Source: an uncultured Gammaproteobacteria bacterium
GTDB lineage: Bacteria; Patescibacteriota; Patescibacteriia; UBA9934
NCBI GenBank assembly: GCA_964613815.1
Contig: CAZTKG010000006.1
Coordinates: forward strand, 10,973-74,972
Direction: 5' to 3'
DNA length: 64,000 nt
This document shows positions 9,215-17,959 of this stretch, piece by piece (position 1 is the stretch's first letter; the number at the start of each line of letters is the position of its first letter). The position numbers and the translations under genes are program-made. The notes under the pieces were generated by a model, which saw only the letters and a program-made list of their open reading frames with translations, was not told the DNA's origin and made no database searches.

Positions 9215-10408
9215 ATGAATAAAGAATCTTTGAAACGTTTTTTTGCATCGGTTCCGGCTTGGGGGTATGGATTAGTTGTTGGTGGAGGGGTGTTTTTGGT
9301 GGGAATGTTGGTGTTGTTTTTGGCTTTTGATGAGGGTGAGCCTGTGGATGTTGTGGTTGTGGATCCTGATCCTGTGGTAGATCCGTTGGATCCGGATTTG
9401 GAGGATGGCGAGCTTTCTCTTATTGATGTAAATCCTCCTGAGCGAGCCGTGATTTATGCCGCGGTTGTGACGCATAATGAGGATACGCTCAGTCCTCGAT
9501 TTCCAGATTATTTAGAGGACGAGGAGACGTTTTGGGCGCATCGCGATGGGACGGTTTTGCTTGCGCAGATGCTTTATGATGAGGGGGTTGAGTTTAATTT
9601 TCAGACGGATTGGAATTATCTTTTAGGGTCGCTTGCGTTTGATCATGGGACGGAGAGTACGAATGGGAAGAATTTATTGAATTGGCTTGTGGAGGATATG
9701 GGGTTTTCTGTGGATCCGCATTCGCATGAGAATTTAGGGTATAACTATGCAGACGTGGCGTATTTGATTGAGCAGCATGGGGTTGAGGCTAGTGGAGTGG
9801 TTGGAGGATTTCTTGCGGCGCCGGTGAGTGATTCGAAATGGGATTATTTGCAGCTTCCTATTCGGGCGAACAAGTATGATTTTGTTTGGACGCCGGAGAT
9901 TGCGTGGGGTGGAGGAACGGCTTTGCATCAGAATGAGGAAGATTTGTGGATTTCTGGGGTTTGGATTCCGGAGAGCGCTGAGGCGCATGATGTTCATGAT
10001 TCGGATGGGCGGTTGCCGAATGTTGGAGGGTATACGCCTGATTGGGATGGATTGCAGGAACTTATTGATATGCATGAAGATGGGGAGCTTGATTCGACGA
10101 AGATTTACACGTTCTCTAAGACGCTTGCGCAGGATTGGTTGGATGAGGCGTTTGTGGAGGAGGTACGGGATGAGATTCGTGCGGTTCAGGGGGCGGTGGA
10201 TGATGGAGTGCTTGCTTGGGCGACGATTCAGGAGATTGTGGAGGTTTGGGAGTCTGAATATGAGAGTGAGGGGAATGTGTTGAAGTATGATGATGGTGCT
10301 GTTGCGACGAATGATGCGTCTGCGGGGGGTGGGGTTTTTGCGTGTGGGGATGGATCTTGTAGTTTTATTGAGCGGAAATTTGGGAGTTGTCCGGTGGATT
10401 GCGAGTAA
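9215..10408 (+). CDS. membrane-anchored extracellular acidic protein (possible NodB/deacetylase-like fold) with a Cys-rich tail
   Basis: N-terminal transmembrane helix, VTHNED, DPHSHE, C-terminal CGDGSC...CPVDC. Confidence 0.6.
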   Translation: MNKESLKRFFASVPAWGYGLVVGGGVFLVGMLVLFLAFDEGEPVDVVVVDPDPVVDPLDPDLEDGELSLIDVNPPERAVIYAAVVTHNEDTLSPRFPDYLEDEETFWAHRDGTVLLAQMLYDEGVEFNFQTDWNYLLGSLAFDHGTESTNGKNLLNWLVEDMGFSVDPHSHENLGYNYADVAYLIEQHGVEASGVVGGFLAAPVSDSKWDYLQLPIRANKYDFVWTPEIAWGGGTALHQNEEDLWISGVWIPESAEAHDVHDSDGRLPNVGGYTPDWDGLQELIDMHEDGELDSTKIYTFSKTLAQDWLDEAFVEEVRDEIRAVQGAVDDGVLAWATIQEIVEVWESEYESEGNVLKYDDGAVATNDASAGGGVFACGDGSCSFIERKFGSCPVDCE

Positions 10409-10432
10409 AAAAAGAATCCCGCGAGTAGCGGG

Positions 10433-11110
10433 TTAGCGGAATTTGTGGTAGATGACACGGCCTCTCTTCTGACTTGTGGGTGGGGGAGGGGCTGTTTTTG
10501 CCATTTCGATTCCGTGGGCGATGATGCAGGGTTGTTGTTCGGTCGCTTTGACGATGTGTTCGATCGTGGCGTTGATCGTGCATCTTTCGGCGTCGACGTC
10601 GTCTGCGTTGGTGGCCAGTTGGAGGTCTCCAGCGAGTCCAATGAGAAAGTGTTCGATTTCGTTCAGCATCGCTTGTGCGCGATCTGCGTTTTCTCGTAGT
10701 TCGCTTGATCGATCAATTTCTCGTAGGGCGCGAGAGGTGTCGTTGATGCTTGGTGCCCCTCGAAGGCTTTTTCGTGCGATTCGAATGGCGACTGATTGAT
10801 CGCGCGTGAGCAGGACAGTGTGTCTGGCGAGGATTGGTGCGTACGTGTTTGCGACTAGGCTTACTTGGCCGCGTTCGTGGGTCCAGTAGTCTGTCCGGAT
10901 GTGAGATAGGCACCTAGCGTGGGCTTTGTTGATGCCTCGGGTCATCTGCCAAACGTGGATTTTGAGAATTAACTTGCGGAGGAGTTTCCATTTCGGGCGT
11001 TTTCTGATTCGCCAGAATCGATGGACGAGCAGCGGGATTGTGATGATCAATCCGATGAGGCTGCCGATGATCATGAGAGAGAGGATTGTGTTGAATATGG
11101 TGTGTAGCAT
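10433..11110 (-). CDS. hypothetical protein with N-terminal transmembrane helix
   Basis: 225 aa ORF with a hydrophobic N-terminus and its own upstream TTGACA promoter. Confidence 0.7.
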   Translation of the reverse strand: MLHTIFNTILSLMIIGSLIGLIITIPLLVHRFWRIRKRPKWKLLRKLILKIHVWQMTRGINKAHARCLSHIRTDYWTHERGQVSLVANTYAPILARHTVLLTRDQSVAIRIARKSLRGAPSINDTSRALREIDRSSELRENADRAQAMLNEIEHFLIGLAGDLQLATNADDVDAERCTINATIEHIVKATEQQPCIIAHGIEMAKTAPPPPTSQKRGRVIYHKFR

Positions 11111-11276
11111 TGGATTCTCGATGGATGTTGAAAGAACTGTTGGTGGATGACATTAGCAATGATATTGCTTTTTGTCAACTCTGTCGTTCGCGATCGATAG
11201 GGTGTGCCTCGTGGCATTGGAGGATGCTTTGAGTAGTGTATAAAAAAATCCCTCGTGGGTGCGAGGGGGGTGGATA

Positions 11277-12065
11277 TCACCAGGCGGTGGGGAATGTGTG
11301 GACGGTGAAGTTGCCGAGCATGGCGTCCATGCTGCGGTGGATGTATTCGACGTCGCCGAGGTCGTTCTGGCCGCGGATGAGAACGGAGCCTTGGTAGACG
11401 GGGCCAATGATGTCGCCGTGGACGGGCATCTGGGTGGAGAATTCGTACACGCCGTTTGGCATGGCGGTGTAGGTGAGCTTTCCGTCGATGACCTGAGGCG
11501 GGTTGTAGCGTGAGCAGTGCAAGCCGCGCCATGCTGGGGACATGTCGTCGCCGTGGATGACGCGATGGCCTTCCGGGTAGCCTTGACAGTAGAGAGGTTC
11601 TCCGTTCTCGATGATCGGGCCGTAGGAGGGCATGGTGCCGGGGCGGCCGGTGTGGCGGTTGCCCCAGACGACGGTGTGGTTGTCGCGGCTGTCGATGCCG
11701 ACGAAGAGCGGGGCTTCGTCTACCATGATGACGGGGGCGGCGGCCTGGAAGGTGGTCAGCTCGACGCCGGCGAATTCGGCGAAGCCGCGGTTGTCGGAGA
11801 TGCGGTAGAACCAGCCGTAGTTGGCCTCCCCCCATCCGACAGTGGATCCGTCGTCGCCGTTTCGGGCGACGTAAACGGGGTCGCCGTCGACGAAGTCGAA
11901 GACTTCGATGTCGTGAAAGGTGACGCTGCCGTTGTCCCAGGTGAGGGTGCAGGTGTAGTGGAGTTCGTTTGTTGTGGCGACGAGGCTTGGGGCATCGAGG
12001 CCTTCGGGGATGATGCAGTCGATGGGGACGGGATTGTTGAGGAAGCCGAGGACGAGGGGTGTCAT
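11277..12065 (-). CDS. hypothetical protein with internal beta-strand repeats
   Basis: AGGAG Shine-Dalgarno, strong C-ending codon bias, recurring D/E-G-x-P-L-Y...V-x-(W/H)-G units. Confidence 0.75.
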   Translation of the reverse strand: MTPLVLGFLNNPVPIDCIIPEGLDAPSLVATTNELHYTCTLTWDNGSVTFHDIEVFDFVDGDPVYVARNGDDGSTVGWGEANYGWFYRISDNRGFAEFAGVELTTFQAAAPVIMVDEAPLFVGIDSRDNHTVVWGNRHTGRPGTMPSYGPIIENGEPLYCQGYPEGHRVIHGDDMSPAWRGLHCSRYNPPQVIDGKLTYTAMPNGVYEFSTQMPVHGDIIGPVYQGSVLIRGQNDLGDVEYIHRSMDAMLGNFTVHTFPTAW

Positions 12066-12104
12066 GGATTGCTCCTGGTTGGGTGAAATGTACGAAGGGG
12101 GAGG

Positions 12105-12419
12105 TTAGCGTGTTTTTGGGTGTTTGTCAAGGGTTTGAAGAATTCGTTGTTCTGCGAGTTTGTAGATTTTTGATCGATGTCCGATGATGTAAACGATGAC
12201 AGTTTGTTTTTGAATTTTGTATATAATTCGATAATTACCTACTCGGAGAGAGAGGTAGCCTTTTAGCGGAGGGACGAGATGTTTTCCGAAAAGATGAGGT
12301 TTTTTTCTGAGTTTTTCGCGTATTGATTTGTCGATGCGTTTTTTGATGGAGTTTGAAAATTTTGGAACATCTTTTTTGAGCACGCTTTCACGATATGCTA
12401 TTTGATAGGTGTTCCCCAC
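12105..12419 (-). CDS. RelE/ParE family toxin
   Basis: YQIAYRESV...LSLRVGNYRIIY; probable GTG start at 12419 overlapping the antitoxin gene. Confidence 0.9.
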   Translation of the reverse strand: MGNTYQIAYRESVLKKDVPKFSNSIKKRIDKSIREKLRKKPHLFGKHLVPPLKGYLSLRVGNYRIIYKIQKQTVIVYIIGHRSKIYKLAEQRILQTLDKHPKTR

Positions 12420-12625
12420 ACTTCTTCGTGCGTTAATAGTTTTTCGTCTTTTCGTGCGTCGGCTAGCTCTGTCCAAATCATGTCTTCTTGCTCACTTATC
12501 GCTTTTTCTAATAAATCGGTGGCGATTTTTGTTTTTGAGACACCTTTATATTTAGCGAGTTTTGAGATCCAGAATTCCAGCTTTTCATTCAGAATTAGGT
12601 TTAGTCTTGGTTTTGTTGTAGGCAT
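12398..12625 (-). CDS. antitoxin (RHH-like)
   Basis: MPTTKPRLNLIL...EQEDMIWTELADARKDEKLLTHEEVW; directly upstream of RelE. Confidence 0.85.
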   Translation of the reverse strand: MPTTKPRLNLILNEKLEFWISKLAKYKGVSKTKIATDLLEKAISEQEDMIWTELADARKDEKLLTHEEVWGTPIK

Positions 12626-12673
12626 ATATTTAGTGTGACACCAGTGTATCACTTTTGTTTGAGGATGTAAAAT

Positions 12674-12698
12674 CAGGGACTGCTTGTGCAGTCCCTGT
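12674..12698 (-). terminator. hairpin terminator after the vWA gene
   Basis: CAGGGACTGC/GCAGTCCCTG stem followed by ATTTT on the minus strand. Confidence 0.6.
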
Positions 12699-12723
12699 GA
12701 GAGGAGCTGATCATGGAGGATGA

Positions 12724-13518
12724 TCAGGAGATGAAGCCGCCGGCGGCGGTGGTGGAGAAGGCGGCGGCGGTCTGGCTGGCTCGGACGGCCGAGCGGGAGA
12801 AGACGTTGAAGGCGGCGCGGATCTCGGTGGGGGTGCCGGAGGGGGTTAGGATCCATTCGTCCTCGAGGCCCATGGAGCGGAAGACGGCCGTGAAGTCGGT
12901 GGAGCCGTCGTCAATGCCCATGGCGGCCACGATGTGGGTCTCGGCGGCCAGCATGTCGGAGACGACCTTCTTGATCTTCGCCGGGGTTTGGCGACGAGAG
13001 GTGCAGTCGGCGCCGTCGGTGATGATGAGGGTGACGGTGCGGCACGGGACGCCGTTGTCTTCGAACTCCTGCGCCTTGGCGAGGACGGTCGCGAGGATGA
13101 CGGCGGTCTCGTCGTAGAGCGGGGTCATGCCCATGGGGTCGTAGTTCGAGGTGTCCATGGTGGGGACGCCGGAGAGGGGCGAGTAGGGGTAGAGGATGGT
13201 GCCGTTCAGGTACCGGGTGTGGGCGATGATGCCGTCGCCCTGCTTGGAGTCCTTGAGGGCGTCGATGACGAGGTTGTGACCAGCGCGTACAGCGTCCGCG
13301 TTCTTGCCGAAGCGGATCGAGCCAGAGTCGTCGATGAGCATGGTGACCAGCACGACTTCGCTTGCGGTGACGTCGTCGACGGCGACGCCGAGGCCGGCGG
13401 CGATGTTGGCGCCGATGTCGGGGATGTTGAGGGCCATGACGGAGGCGGGGGTGAGCGTGCCGTCGTCGGTTGCGGCGTTGAAGAGGGAGGCGACGTTTGC
13501 TACGGTGGAGGAGGACAT
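12724..13518 (-). CDS. von Willebrand factor A domain protein (TerY-like)
   Basis: MIDAS motif LIDDSGS, GMTPLYD, IITDGAD. Confidence 0.88.
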   Translation of the reverse strand: MSSSTVANVASLFNAATDDGTLTPASVMALNIPDIGANIAAGLGVAVDDVTASEVVLVTMLIDDSGSIRFGKNADAVRAGHNLVIDALKDSKQGDGIIAHTRYLNGTILYPYSPLSGVPTMDTSNYDPMGMTPLYDETAVILATVLAKAQEFEDNGVPCRTVTLIITDGADCTSRRQTPAKIKKVVSDMLAAETHIVAAMGIDDGSTDFTAVFRSMGLEDEWILTPSGTPTEIRAAFNVFSRSAVRASQTAAAFSTTAAGGFIS

Positions 13519-13600
13519 GGGGAGCTCCTTTGGAGCGATGATGTCCCTGCGGGACGGATAGAGCCCTTTTGGGGCGATAGGGATCCTGCGGATCGATAGA
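13519..13600 (-). repeat. mini-hairpin array in the vWA gene leader
   Basis: Four 4-5 bp hairpins separated by TCTATC/CCTATC/TCTATCC/ATCATC linkers; the last hairpin (GCTCC-AAA-GGAGC) contains the Shine-Dalgarno. Confidence 0.85.
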
Positions 13601-13700
13601 TGGCCACTCTTCGCGCTGCCGGGAAGCTTTGCGAAGAGTGGTTTTTGGGTTGCGTTTGGTACACTCCCGCCGGAGTTGTTTGATGATGATGTTGACTTGA

Positions 13701-14750
13701 TTAGGAGATGATCAGGTCAGGCCAGTCATTCATTGGGGTCATGGACTCGACGAGATGCATGCCGGCGGATTCGAAGCGCTTGAGGGCGGCTTCGGACTCG
13801 GGGGTGAAGTCGGCCACGAAGCCTCCGGCGCCGTCCGGGATCGCGACCGAAGACATGCAGTCGGTGAGGATGTAGACCTTGCTGACGAGCGACGGGTCGC
13901 GGGCGGCGATGTCGTCGAGGAGGTCGTCGATGGAGGACTTGACGCAGTGGCTTGCGGCCTGGCCGGCGATGATGACGGCGTCGGAGTCCACGAGCTTCTT
14001 GAGGAAGCCGGCGTTCCTCTGGGCGAGGGGGGCGCCGTCGTGACGGGTGAGGACTTCGGGGCGGAAGACGCTGTAGTTCTCGGTGAGCGGATGGCCGCCC
14101 TTCACTTCGCACCACGACTGGGAGCCGCGGGTGAAGCTGTGGAACAGGCGCGCTTCGTGGATGTTGCCGGCGAGGGCGTGACCGGTGGATCCGAGGAGGC
14201 AGTGCGGGGGCCAGAGGTAGAGGGCATACTTGCCCTCGCGTTCGAGCTCCTTGGTGTAGTGGATGACCTGCTTGAGGAGCCAGGCGTAGTTGCCGCTACA
14301 AAGCCACCAGGCCATCGCAGGGTTCGGACGGACGGCACCGGACTTGATCTCGGTGGTGGTGATGACGCGGAAGGGGGTGAGGGGAGCGCCAGCGCTATCG
14401 ATCCAGAATGACGCGAAGAAGATCTGGTACGCGAAGTGCGTGTCCATGGTGGTGGTGATGTCGGTGATGGCGCCGAGGTTCCGGTAGATGAATTCGGCGG
14501 TGCGGCGGGAGTCGTCGATGGCGCCAGAACCGGAGCGGCCGCCGACGTAGAGCGTGCCTTCGGGGAAGCAGAAGTCGCGCTGGACGTCGATGAGGAGGAG
14601 GTGGATGCGGGTTCGGTCGCTGGCGGCGGGGGTGATGGAGTTCGACTTGCGGTAGTCCGTCGCTGCGGCCATCAGGGTCATCTGGTCGGGGTTGTAGTCG
14701 AAGCGGGCGGAGGTGGGGGTGTAGAAGCTGGGCAGGGGGAGGGTGGTCAT
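13701..14750 (-). CDS. nicotinamidase/isochorismatase-family cysteine hydrolase (PncA-like)
   Basis: IDVQRDF (Asp), TMDTH and WPPHC (metal ligands), EVKG (Lys), AGQAASHCV (Cys). Confidence 0.9.
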   Translation of the reverse strand: MTTLPLPSFYTPTSARFDYNPDQMTLMAAATDYRKSNSITPAASDRTRIHLLLIDVQRDFCFPEGTLYVGGRSGSGAIDDSRRTAEFIYRNLGAITDITTTMDTHFAYQIFFASFWIDSAGAPLTPFRVITTTEIKSGAVRPNPAMAWWLCSGNYAWLLKQVIHYTKELEREGKYALYLWPPHCLLGSTGHALAGNIHEARLFHSFTRGSQSWCEVKGGHPLTENYSVFRPEVLTRHDGAPLAQRNAGFLKKLVDSDAVIIAGQAASHCVKSSIDDLLDDIAARDPSLVSKVYILTDCMSSVAIPDGAGGFVADFTPESEAALKRFESAGMHLVESMTPMNDWPDLIIS

Positions 14751-14756
14751 GGGGAT

Positions 14757-14853
14757 CTCCTTTGAGCGGTAGAGCCCTTTTGGGCGATAGGGATCCTTGC
14801 GGATCGATGGGGGCGCTTTGCGCCGACAGGGTTCAGCGAAGCTGAACGATAGG
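14757..14853 (-). repeat. mini-hairpin array in the nicotinamidase gene leader
   Basis: Five hairpins preceded by CCTATC, CCTGTC, CCCATC, CCTATC and TCTACC linkers; the last one overlaps AAAGGAG. About 38 nt are nearly identical to the vWA leader. Confidence 0.85.
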
Positions 14854-14887
14854 GTTGTTGTTGAACGTGCGTAGATTTTTCCAAGCT

Positions 14888-16753
14888 CTACGCGAGCTTG
14901 AGGAGGGAGATGTCTTTGTGATTTACCACGTAGATGCCTCCTGGCGCGGGGAAGAGGGCGCTTTCGGTGGTGACGAATGGTGCCGTTTTTGGGAACTCTT
15001 TGGCTTTTGTGATGGAAGAGCTATTGATGTCCATGCGGACGATGCCGTCGTCGGTTGCTGCGAGCAGCATGGGGCCTATTGCGCATTTTCCTCGAATGGT
15101 GCCGAGCCAGGTTCCGTCCTTTGAATGTGTCTCGGCGGATGCGATGACGGATCCATTCTGTTTGATGACGGTGCATCTATTGAGAATTTTTCCGGCATGC
15201 TTGTAGGTGACGAACAGCCAGCAGTGGGTGTGCGAGAAGCTGCAGGTTATGTCGATGAGCTGACCAGGGATTTTGGGCAGGTTGATCGAGTCATTGAGGC
15301 TTCTTGCGCCTTTTGTGAACATGAACGCGACGTTCATGGTTCCGGCTCGGTAGAGGCCGAAACCGAAGGTTTCTCCGGTCCAGATGAGGGTTTGGCCTTC
15401 GAGAATGTCGCCGATGTAGACTTCGCCGAAGTCATCTGCTTTCCGGAGCTGATGTCCTCTGGTGAAGAATGTGTGTTCACCGTTTGCGTCGAAGATGGGG
15501 AGATTTCGGAAGGATCCGATTGCTTTGCGCTCTGGAGGTCTTCCTGATTTGAGAGAGACGAGTATGCCGTTTCGGCCGAGGATTGTTTTGTTGCCAGAGA
15601 TGCGGTAGCGCATTTTTGGCTCGAACGATCCTGTGGTTACGCGGCGGCCGTCTTCTCGTTTGAGGGCATTGTTTTCGTGGTAGATCCAGCGGAGTTTTCC
15701 GTTTTGGACTGTCGCGAATACGATGTGACCTGAAGTGCGGAAGAATCGGTTGTTTGTGACGTTTCCGATAACGGTGACGGTTTCTTTGACGGCTGTTGCT
15801 GGAGTTCCAGCGCATGCGGGGCAGGTGAGTCTGGCGTGAACGAGATCGCAATGCGTGCATGTTTTCCAGTCCAGGTTTTTGATGAGGTGCTCAGGGAATG
15901 ATCCTCGGGCATCTTTTTTGAAGACCTGGTAGAAGTGCTGAAGAAGGTCGTCGGGGATGGAGTGCAGCGGGAGGGCTGGCTTGGGGTAGCGGACTTCGTC
16001 GTCGAAGAGGGTGATGCGACGAAGGGGGCGCTCCGGATGTTTGACGCGTTTTTTCTTGTCCCTTGGCTTGTAGACACCTCCGAATGGGCCGACACAGAGG
16101 AGGCAATACATGAGCATGGTGGTGAATGCGTACCAGTCTGAGTTCTCATTGTGCGGCTTGTGCAGCGTGAGATGAGACTGGTTCGGATCTGCGAGAAGCG
16201 GGTCCATGTAGCGTTCGGTGTACATGCGCGCGAACCATTTGCCGTACTGAAAGCTGTCAGCGTCGATGATGTAGGCCTCGGCGTCACGTATGAGGACGTT
16301 GAGGTCGTTGAAGTCGCCGATGACGACTCCGCGGGCGTGGATGGCTCCGACGGTTTTGTGCAGGTCAAGGAATATTTTGACGATGCGTGCCGGGTCCACG
16401 GTGAGGCGGAATTGTTTTTCGCTGAAGGCTCTGAGCGGGTCTGCACCTGGAATCAGGCGCATGGTGTAGCCAGCTATTTGATTGCCGCGTTTGCTTGTGG
16501 CGAGATCGATTGGGGTGATGACTCTTGCGGGGAGACCTTTTGGAAAGGCAGGAAGCTTTGCCTGATGTTCTTTGATTCGAGCTTTGGCGTTTGCTTGCTC
16601 TCCGGGGTCTCCGTGGAAGTCGGCATGGCTTGCGGTTTTGAAGATCTTGGCCGCTTTGCCTGAGCCGATGTCGTAGACGTCCGCCTCGCTCCCTTTGCCG
16701 AGTGTTCGGCTGGGATCGATACGAATGCGCCGACCGTTGATGTAGGTGTGCAT
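14888..16753 (-). CDS. protein kinase of the TerY-associated type, with a Zn ribbon and a beta-rich C-terminal domain
   Basis: LGKGSEADVY, AAKIF, VIGDFNDLNVLI, IDADSFQ; CTHC...CPAC Zn ribbon. Confidence 0.9.
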   Translation of the reverse strand: MHTYINGRRIRIDPSRTLGKGSEADVYDIGSGKAAKIFKTASHADFHGDPGEQANAKARIKEHQAKLPAFPKGLPARVITPIDLATSKRGNQIAGYTMRLIPGADPLRAFSEKQFRLTVDPARIVKIFLDLHKTVGAIHARGVVIGDFNDLNVLIRDAEAYIIDADSFQYGKWFARMYTERYMDPLLADPNQSHLTLHKPHNENSDWYAFTTMLMYCLLCVGPFGGVYKPRDKKKRVKHPERPLRRITLFDDEVRYPKPALPLHSIPDDLLQHFYQVFKKDARGSFPEHLIKNLDWKTCTHCDLVHARLTCPACAGTPATAVKETVTVIGNVTNNRFFRTSGHIVFATVQNGKLRWIYHENNALKREDGRRVTTGSFEPKMRYRISGNKTILGRNGILVSLKSGRPPERKAIGSFRNLPIFDANGEHTFFTRGHQLRKADDFGEVYIGDILEGQTLIWTGETFGFGLYRAGTMNVAFMFTKGARSLNDSINLPKIPGQLIDITCSFSHTHCWLFVTYKHAGKILNRCTVIKQNGSVIASAETHSKDGTWLGTIRGKCAIGPMLLAATDDGIVRMDINSSSITKAKEFPKTAPFVTTESALFPAPGGIYVVNHKDISLLKLA

Positions 16754-16762
16754 TGATTGATC

Positions 16763-17578
16763 CTATTTGGAAGCGGTTTTTCTTCCACAGATGATGGTGG
16801 TGTCGTCTTCGAGCAGCCCAGAAAAACGTGTAATACGTCTTCCAGGCCAGTCCACTTTTTGACCGTCACGGTTCATGATTCTGAGGCGTCTGTTGATCGC
16901 CTCTGGGTTTTTGTAGAACCGGTCATTTGTCCAGAACTGGTCGATTCCTCCTACGACTTCGTGTTTTCCTGGAAGGAGACAGTCAGCGCGTTTGATGATA
17001 TTTTCGGCGCCATCTGTTCCGATGAGGAAGTGCTTCACTTCGCTTGTTGGGCCCTGCCATGCGACCTGTAAGGTCATGGATTCAGGGGCCACGTCTTTGA
17101 GGCTGGTGGGGACGAGGTCGTATGCGATGTAGATTGGTGTATTGCCTTCTTGAGGGTTCAGAATGATTGTTTTGTCGTTGATCTGGATCATTCCGTCACC
17201 GCAGAAGAAAGCGGTTGTGGTGTCTTTTTGCACCATGATGCCGATAATGGTGAAGAGGAAGTGGTCGGCGATGATGCGGTTGGGGTTTGCGCCCATGTTT
17301 CGTGCGAGGGTGAGGATCTGCTGTTTGATCATGCCGCTGGCGGCGAGCAGTCCTGTGCTTGCAGGGAGGTGCGTACAGTTTGCAATTGCTTTTGCTGCGA
17401 TGTGCGCGCCGATTTTGGCGCCTACTTCGCTGTGAGGTGCGCTTCCACATCCGTCTGTGACGATGGCGATGAAGCCGTCTTTGATGGGGATGATGCGGAA
17501 GCCGTCCTGGTTGTTTTTTCCCGATTTTCGATGCGATCTGCCCGTAACGGTGCCGTTCGCAAGTTCGAAGGTGGTCAT
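16763..17578 (-). CDS. PP2C-family phosphatase (TerY-P associated type)
   Basis: GRSH...NQD, VTDGCGSAPHSEVGA, CGDG, GTDG, EDDTT. Confidence 0.92.
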   Translation of the reverse strand: MTTFELANGTVTGRSHRKSGKNNQDGFRIIPIKDGFIAIVTDGCGSAPHSEVGAKIGAHIAAKAIANCTHLPASTGLLAASGMIKQQILTLARNMGANPNRIIADHFLFTIIGIMVQKDTTTAFFCGDGMIQINDKTIILNPQEGNTPIYIAYDLVPTSLKDVAPESMTLQVAWQGPTSEVKHFLIGTDGAENIIKRADCLLPGKHEVVGGIDQFWTNDRFYKNPEAINRRLRIMNRDGQKVDWPGRRITRFSGLLEDDTTIICGRKTASK

Positions 17579-17670
17579 TGGGTTTCCGGGGTTGAGTTGT
17601 GAAAGGGCTGCTGCGTTTATACGCAGATTGCGGGAGGGAAGTGGCTATCTTCCAACCCAGAATCTGGGTA

Positions 17671-17691
17671 TAATTGTTTTATTGACACTAA
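17671..17691. promoter_or_regulatory. candidate NrtR operator 1
   Basis: TAATTGTTTTATTGACACTAA; 21 bp imperfect palindrome with a GT-N7-AC core. Confidence 0.7.
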
Positions 17692-17716
17692 GTACTTGGA
17701 AAAATTTTTATGGAGG

Positions 17717-17777
17717 GTTTGTGGCCTTTGGCCGTTTGTATCGCTTTGCGATGTTTGTGGCCCTTTGGGCCGTTTGT
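17717..17777 (-). repeat. mini-hairpin array in the PP2C gene leader
   Basis: Four ACAAAC units separating GGCCC-AAA-GGGCC, ATCGC-AAA-GCGAT and GGCC-AAA-GGCC. Confidence 0.88.
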
Positions 17778-17786
17778 TGGAATTTG

Positions 17787-17807
17787 TTGTTGTTGATATT
17801 ACACTAA
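17787..17807. promoter_or_regulatory. candidate NrtR operator 2
   Basis: TTGTTGTTGATATTACACTAA; GT-N7-AC core and the same ACACTAA half-site as operator 1; a minus-strand TTGACA lies at 17833-17828. Confidence 0.65.
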
Positions 17808-17871
17808 CTAACACATAAAAAAATAGTTGTCAACCCCGTAAAAATCAGCGAGCTGATTCACGTGGCATGGT

Positions 17872-17952
17872 CTCTTTCCCATCTCGACCTTGTGGAGAGA
17901 TCTGATAGCGACCAGGGCATGAGATCTCTCCACAGGGTCGAGATGGGAAGAG
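17872..17952. repeat. inverted pair of REP-like repeats
   Basis: CCCATCTCGACC...GAGAGATCT and AGATCTCTC...GGTCGAGATGGG. Confidence 0.8.
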
Positions 17953-17959
17953 GGGGGTG

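Noticed and set aside
17717-17777. CRISPR interpretation of the ACAAAC array
   Set aside because: Repeats of 6 nt and spacers of 11-13 nt are far too short, the spacers are palindromic, and no cas genes are present.
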